DNA of 55,728 bases, counting the filler, from Catajapyx aquilonaris (Eukaryota): the NCBI GenBank assembly GCA_000934665.2. It is 4 parts of 4 records of this genome, joined end to end, with 100 filler letters (N's around TTAATTAATTAA, not from the genome) between each part and the next. Parts side by side here need not be neighbours in the genome. Positions count along the whole stretch, not along the records: positions 41,912 to 55,728 come from JYFJ02007974.1; 3 more parts are not named here. One strand, written 5' to 3'. The notes beneath the pieces are model-generated. The model searched no databases. It was not told the DNA's origin and worked only from the letters and a program-made list of their open reading frames with translations. Position numbers and translations under genes: made by a program. Position 1 is the first letter of the stretch; the number at the start of each line of letters is the position of its first letter. Shown here in pieces: positions 48,293 through 55,728 of this stretch.

Positions 48293-51200
48293 CTTTTATA
48301 GTCTCTCTCTCACACACACTCAAACAAAACACCCACCACAATCAGGCAGGTCCTTTCCTTCCTTCCTTCCTTCCTTCCTTCCTTGAAGAAGAAGTAAGTC
48401 CTGGCCAGCTTGCCAAGTCTCCCGCTTTTATTATGGGCCAGCGGCTCCGCTGGCAGATGTACACTTTACCCAGCCTCCCCCTCTTCTCTTCCCTCTTCCC
48501 TCCCCCGCCTTCCTTCCTCCTTGCCGGAATTCCCGAAGCCTCTTGAAATACCCGTCAGCTGAAACCCTGGAGGATTGTGGACCCCCTGGTGTATATGCAG
48601 TCTGCTGCAACCAACTCCGCGTAATAGTAGACCCAGCCTCCCAGGTCATGGCCGACCCTTTCTCTCAAAGTCCCAGGCTGCCTGCTATTCTTGAGGGGCT
48701 AATCTATTGGCAGGGCATAGCTCCTGGGGCTACTATCCGGCAACCCGATAGAGCTGGCCTGCTGCCTAACCCATTCCCCAGCCTGGCAAACCTCCTCCTC
48801 TCACTGGCCATTACGTGCCTTGATGGAAAAGCATAAGGATGATCCACCTTTGAGGCTCTCATTCATGCCTCGCTCATCATGCCAATTACCACTGACTGTC
48901 TCACCCCTCCCCAATCTGGCAACCCTGCTTGGGAGTGCGACCCGCTGAGAGTATAAATAAACTTGTCGGCAGCAGCCACATGTGTTTTTATGCCCCACCG
49001 ATCCTTCTTCACACACACACTTTTTGGACACGGACCATGTTTTTCCCCCAACTCACAGGTAGGCAACCCCTTCCGCGCGCTTCATATACCACCCAGATCA
49101 GCATAAACCACACTCGAATTAATTTTACCAAGTTTAAGCAAACGGCGAGGGATTGTTTACCTGTTTGCAGACACCAGAATGAATTGTCACGATTGCTATT
49201 GCTGTGCGCACTTGGAGCGAGGCCCACTGTTTCGCTGATCCTGAGAGATAGGCAAACCTTCCTACCTTTGCAACGAACGCGGCTGGCAACACAACAGCCG
49301 AAACTTATGGATTGTTTACCCCAGCAATGGAATGAAATATTCACTAGTGATTGCGGCCTTCAGGTTGTTGTTTTTTGCCAAAGAATGAGTTACCGATTGT
49401 TTACTCCATCAGCAACCGATGGAAACGATTGGCAAATGGCTCTTTCTTATTGTTTTAAAAACAGGTCGCGTAACTTGTCGAAAAGTAGGCGGTGACCGCT
49501 GCCCTCTCCAGACATCCTATAAGCGATCTGATTGGTGGAGCAGAGAGGGAGGACCAATCAGATCGCATAGTGGGTACAGTGCGGTCCATAAGAAATTCTC
49601 TTTCGAACCCCAATTGGTCGCAATATTTAGGACATGCCTAATTTTTTTTTTTAAGTTAGGCTGTGGGTAAAGTGTGTACTGTACAGTAAACAAACCGTAT
49701 ATATAACTTAGTATCTTGAAGCTTGGGCCAGGACACCCTGTGTCATGTAATTATTATTGTTGGCAGTGCATCATAGGCAGCGTAATAATTATGCGAATCG
49801 GAAGTGCGTAATGTGTGCTGGTGTGATTGTAGTATTATAGGGAGGGTTTGGTTCCTGGGAGCGGGCCTTGGGCCAGTTGGACCACCACCAAAATCTTGCG
49901 TTTCGCCTCCCCCATGGCATCCCCTGGCATGCTTTACGATGGCCAGCAAAGCATTCATAGTAATTGCGGCGTCCCCAAGAAGGCGGGAAAAAAAAGGGTC
50001 GTTTGGGTTCATGCACCGCGACTCAGTTTACCTACAATTATTGGCACTTTCCCTTCCAGCCAACCAACCAGTGATCACTCGCAATTTATCAACATGGTTT
50101 TTGCCAAAACTCAGGGCTTGGTGGATGGCACCATTTGGCCCATCCAAAGCTCTAATTCATTGACTTTGTTTCTGCTTACACAGCACGATATAGCCGTTTG
50201 CAAAATGCCATTGGCTTGGAAAAATGATGCTCCAGTCTGCGCACGTCCTCTTTATCTTTTTATATATATTTAATTAAATAATGGCGAAATGTGTTGGTGA
50301 GATATTCCCGACTGAAAAAAGAGTAGCCAACGAATGTCATTGAGTTACGAAGGTGCGTTGGTTCCCTGGGAATTATTTTGGGGGTCCTTTTAACTGCCGG
50401 TTTGTTTCTATAGGGCGTGTGTAGGTCGATCTATATGCGTGTCTGTTGGTGACCTCGGGGCGTAACTGACCTTCCCGAGTAATTGTGTCGTTCACGTCTT
50501 GTCATGGTGCAAGGCTGGCCAGTTTGGCCCCCCCGCAATAAAGCACTTTAATTTGCACTTGCGCTAAAAATGTAACATACGCGATTTTTAAACTTATTGT
50601 TTTGCCCCAGTTTGCCTCCCATATCTTTTTCGGCCAATGTAAACAAGCGCACATTTTTTCAAAGGCCAGCTACTGTGTCACTGTGCAAAATATAACGCAT
50701 ACCTTCCTGTTATGTTGCAGACAAGCTCCGCGAAATTTATTGGTTATACGCTTTTGCCAAAACATAACCTCTCCCCGGCGCTTATTCAGCGCAGCCATCA
50801 AATTAACCAAAATGTTACGTAGCAAGTCGAAACATAAATTACACACTGCACTATAGTGATACTACTGTTCAATCAATCAATCAATCAATCAATCACTAGA
50901 AAATGGGATTCTTTGCATTATCCACACCCATGTGGCTGCATCGCATTCATCCCTCCCAACATATCAGTCTTGAGAGAAATAAATAATATCCATTTTTTGG
51001 GGGTTAATTTGACCTTGCAACAAATATTGACCCATCCTTTTTACGTACATCTAAAATATTTTACGAGCCTGCAATACATGTTGAAACATTGCAACTTGGC
51101 CATGTGGCACCATATGCTTCGTCTTGTCTAAGCTCCGGATAGTTGGAAATGTACCCATAAACACTGGGTATACTACGGTACCTAACGGTCTATCTTTAGA

Positions 51201-51951
51201 AACGAGGATCGGGCAAAAAAAATAAATGGCCAGATGCACACGATTCCTCTGAAACATGGCATAATCGGGATCCAATGAAACTTTCCGAGAAAAAAGTGAG
51301 ACGCAGATAAATTGGCCAATTCGGGTGAAAACTACTTCCAAAAAATATCGGATTAAATTATATCTCTATGTACACACAGTGCAACACATCAGTACGTACC
51401 TTGTTCTGTCGGTATACACGAACAAGTTGTGCTTACTTTTTGGCTGGCCTTTCCTTTTTGGCCCCCTGTGTGTGTGTGTCTTCTTCCGCCTTGCAGCATC
51501 GGCGGCGCCGAAGTGTAATCTTGGCGCAAGGGCAAGTAAAGCATCCTAGAAGCAAGGAAGGAACGGCCCAGCTTCCTCGTCGTCCCTTTTTTTTCTTCTT
51601 CTTCTTCTTCTTCTGGAAGAGCTGTAAACAAGCCAGAGGAACCAAATCCACGCCACTCGTGTTCTACAAAACGGGTTTATTTCTTGCCACCGACCGACAC
51701 ACGCATCACCAACACACGCATCTTCAAATCAACAACAAAAAAGAAGAGGAGGGGTTGGCAGACTCTGTGACATTCTACGCTCGGATTAAAGATCCAGCTG
51801 ATGGAGGGAAAATACTCCGGAGCAAGGTTCATCTCAATAATGTTCAAGAGCTAGTCCCATTATATGCGAAGAATAACATTAGATAAAATAATACTGGGGG
51901 GCTGAAGATGGTAGTAATGTACAGATGAGTTTTGAATAGTTGCAGCGAAGA

Positions 51952-54644
<2,693 letters not shown>

Positions 54645-55728
54645 TCACTGACTGGGGGCACCTCCGCAATATATATGTGACCCTCCCCCCTAGTGAGTGG
54701 GGGTGGTCAGCTGTGATTGGAGCTAACCATCTGTGGAGATTGGGGGTTGGGTCTGCCTAGAGGTGACATTGAGCAACGAGTCTGCACTCGGATGAAGTAG
54801 TGACCACGTGCCCAATTGAATGTGTGCATTACGTGGCCCCTCTCCTCATTACCATGGGAGAAGAAGGTTATACAGGAGACAGACCAGTGGTCATCCGTTT
54901 GCGCAATGCACGTGCCCTGTCAATAGAGTCCTCGTGGTCAGATCGTGCTGACCACCACTCCAACAGATCCCCGCGGTATCTCTAGTTATTGTAACATGTT
55001 TATTTCTGCCCCACTTGTTGACATTGGTTTGGTTTGTAAGCAGCCGCGGGCCCCCGTTTGTTGCGTCTTTATCATGAGCTCTGCTGGACTGTGCTGGGGG
55101 GGAGGAGGAGGGGACGAAAGGTCAAGCCGCCGTCCCTGCTTGACCTTTGCACCTGGCACGACCCAGTCTCCTTGCCAGGAGGACCAGATGCTGCTATGCA
55201 TCAGACAGCACTCGAGGTTGCGCAACACCACAGCACTCGTGAAATTTCATTCGCTCCAGATTAAACCCAACGCAATCAGCTAGTCCAGCAAGATTTACCT
55301 AACAATGATATACGACAAATAAACATATCCTTTTGTGTATATGTGACAAGTCCGATTTGCAAAAGATGGCCCCTCATTTTTTTTCACTGCAAAACAGGAA
55401 TATCGCAAGGTTCAACTCATATAAATTCTCTGCTGCTTGCGCAACACAGCCTGAGTTTATAATTATGCAAAATTCGATGCCCTTTAAAAGGAAAATATGA
55501 CGTCACTTTGTCAAACACGTTCTTACTGCAAGTACACAAGTGTTTTGACAACTACATTTTATTCAAAAATTGTTTATATCGGGTAGTATACCGCGGTATT
55601 TCAATAATGTGAAGGAAAGTTCGCGAGATTAAATGGAGTTTATTTCCTCAGTACACATTATCGCATGGTCTTTCGGTGTCAAAAGTTCACTCAGCGCTTT
55701 GCATATTGCGCAGAATGAACTTGTGCCC

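Overview
Eukaryotic, almost certainly arthropod, genomic DNA: spliceosomal introns, a (TTAGG)n tract, tRNA-derived SINEs and DNA transposon debris. The window is not one locus. Four contigs of steadily falling length (13934, 13844, 13833, 13817 bp) are joined by artificial 100-nt N-TTAATTAATTAA-N linkers, so nothing can be inferred across a linker. Shared repeat families indicate one genome. Contig 1 (1-13934) is non-coding, G-run/GAGA-rich DNA with MITEs. Contig 2 (14035-27878) is mostly decayed transposons (Gypsy, Chapaev3, Sola2-like, Helitron, and an intron-containing DUF6729-like transposase). It also hides minus-strand exons the ORF track misses: a 4-exon SIM plus C2H2 zinc-finger ORF, a GATA-type finger exon and decayed MADF-like exons. 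Contig 3 (27979-41811) holds exons 1-2 of NSE1/NSMCE1 (SMC5/6 subunit). Its 8.3-kb intron 1 contains a 4-level TE nest and a 770-bp palindromic mariner derivative. Contig 4 (41912-55728) holds the 5' exons of a synaptopodin-2-like/CG1674-like muscle Z-disc gene and a complete 8-exon ETNPPL/PHYKPL-type phospho-lyase gene with a probable GC-AG last intron. No prokaryotic-type system (CRISPR etc.) is present. All family names come from recalled motifs, not database searches.
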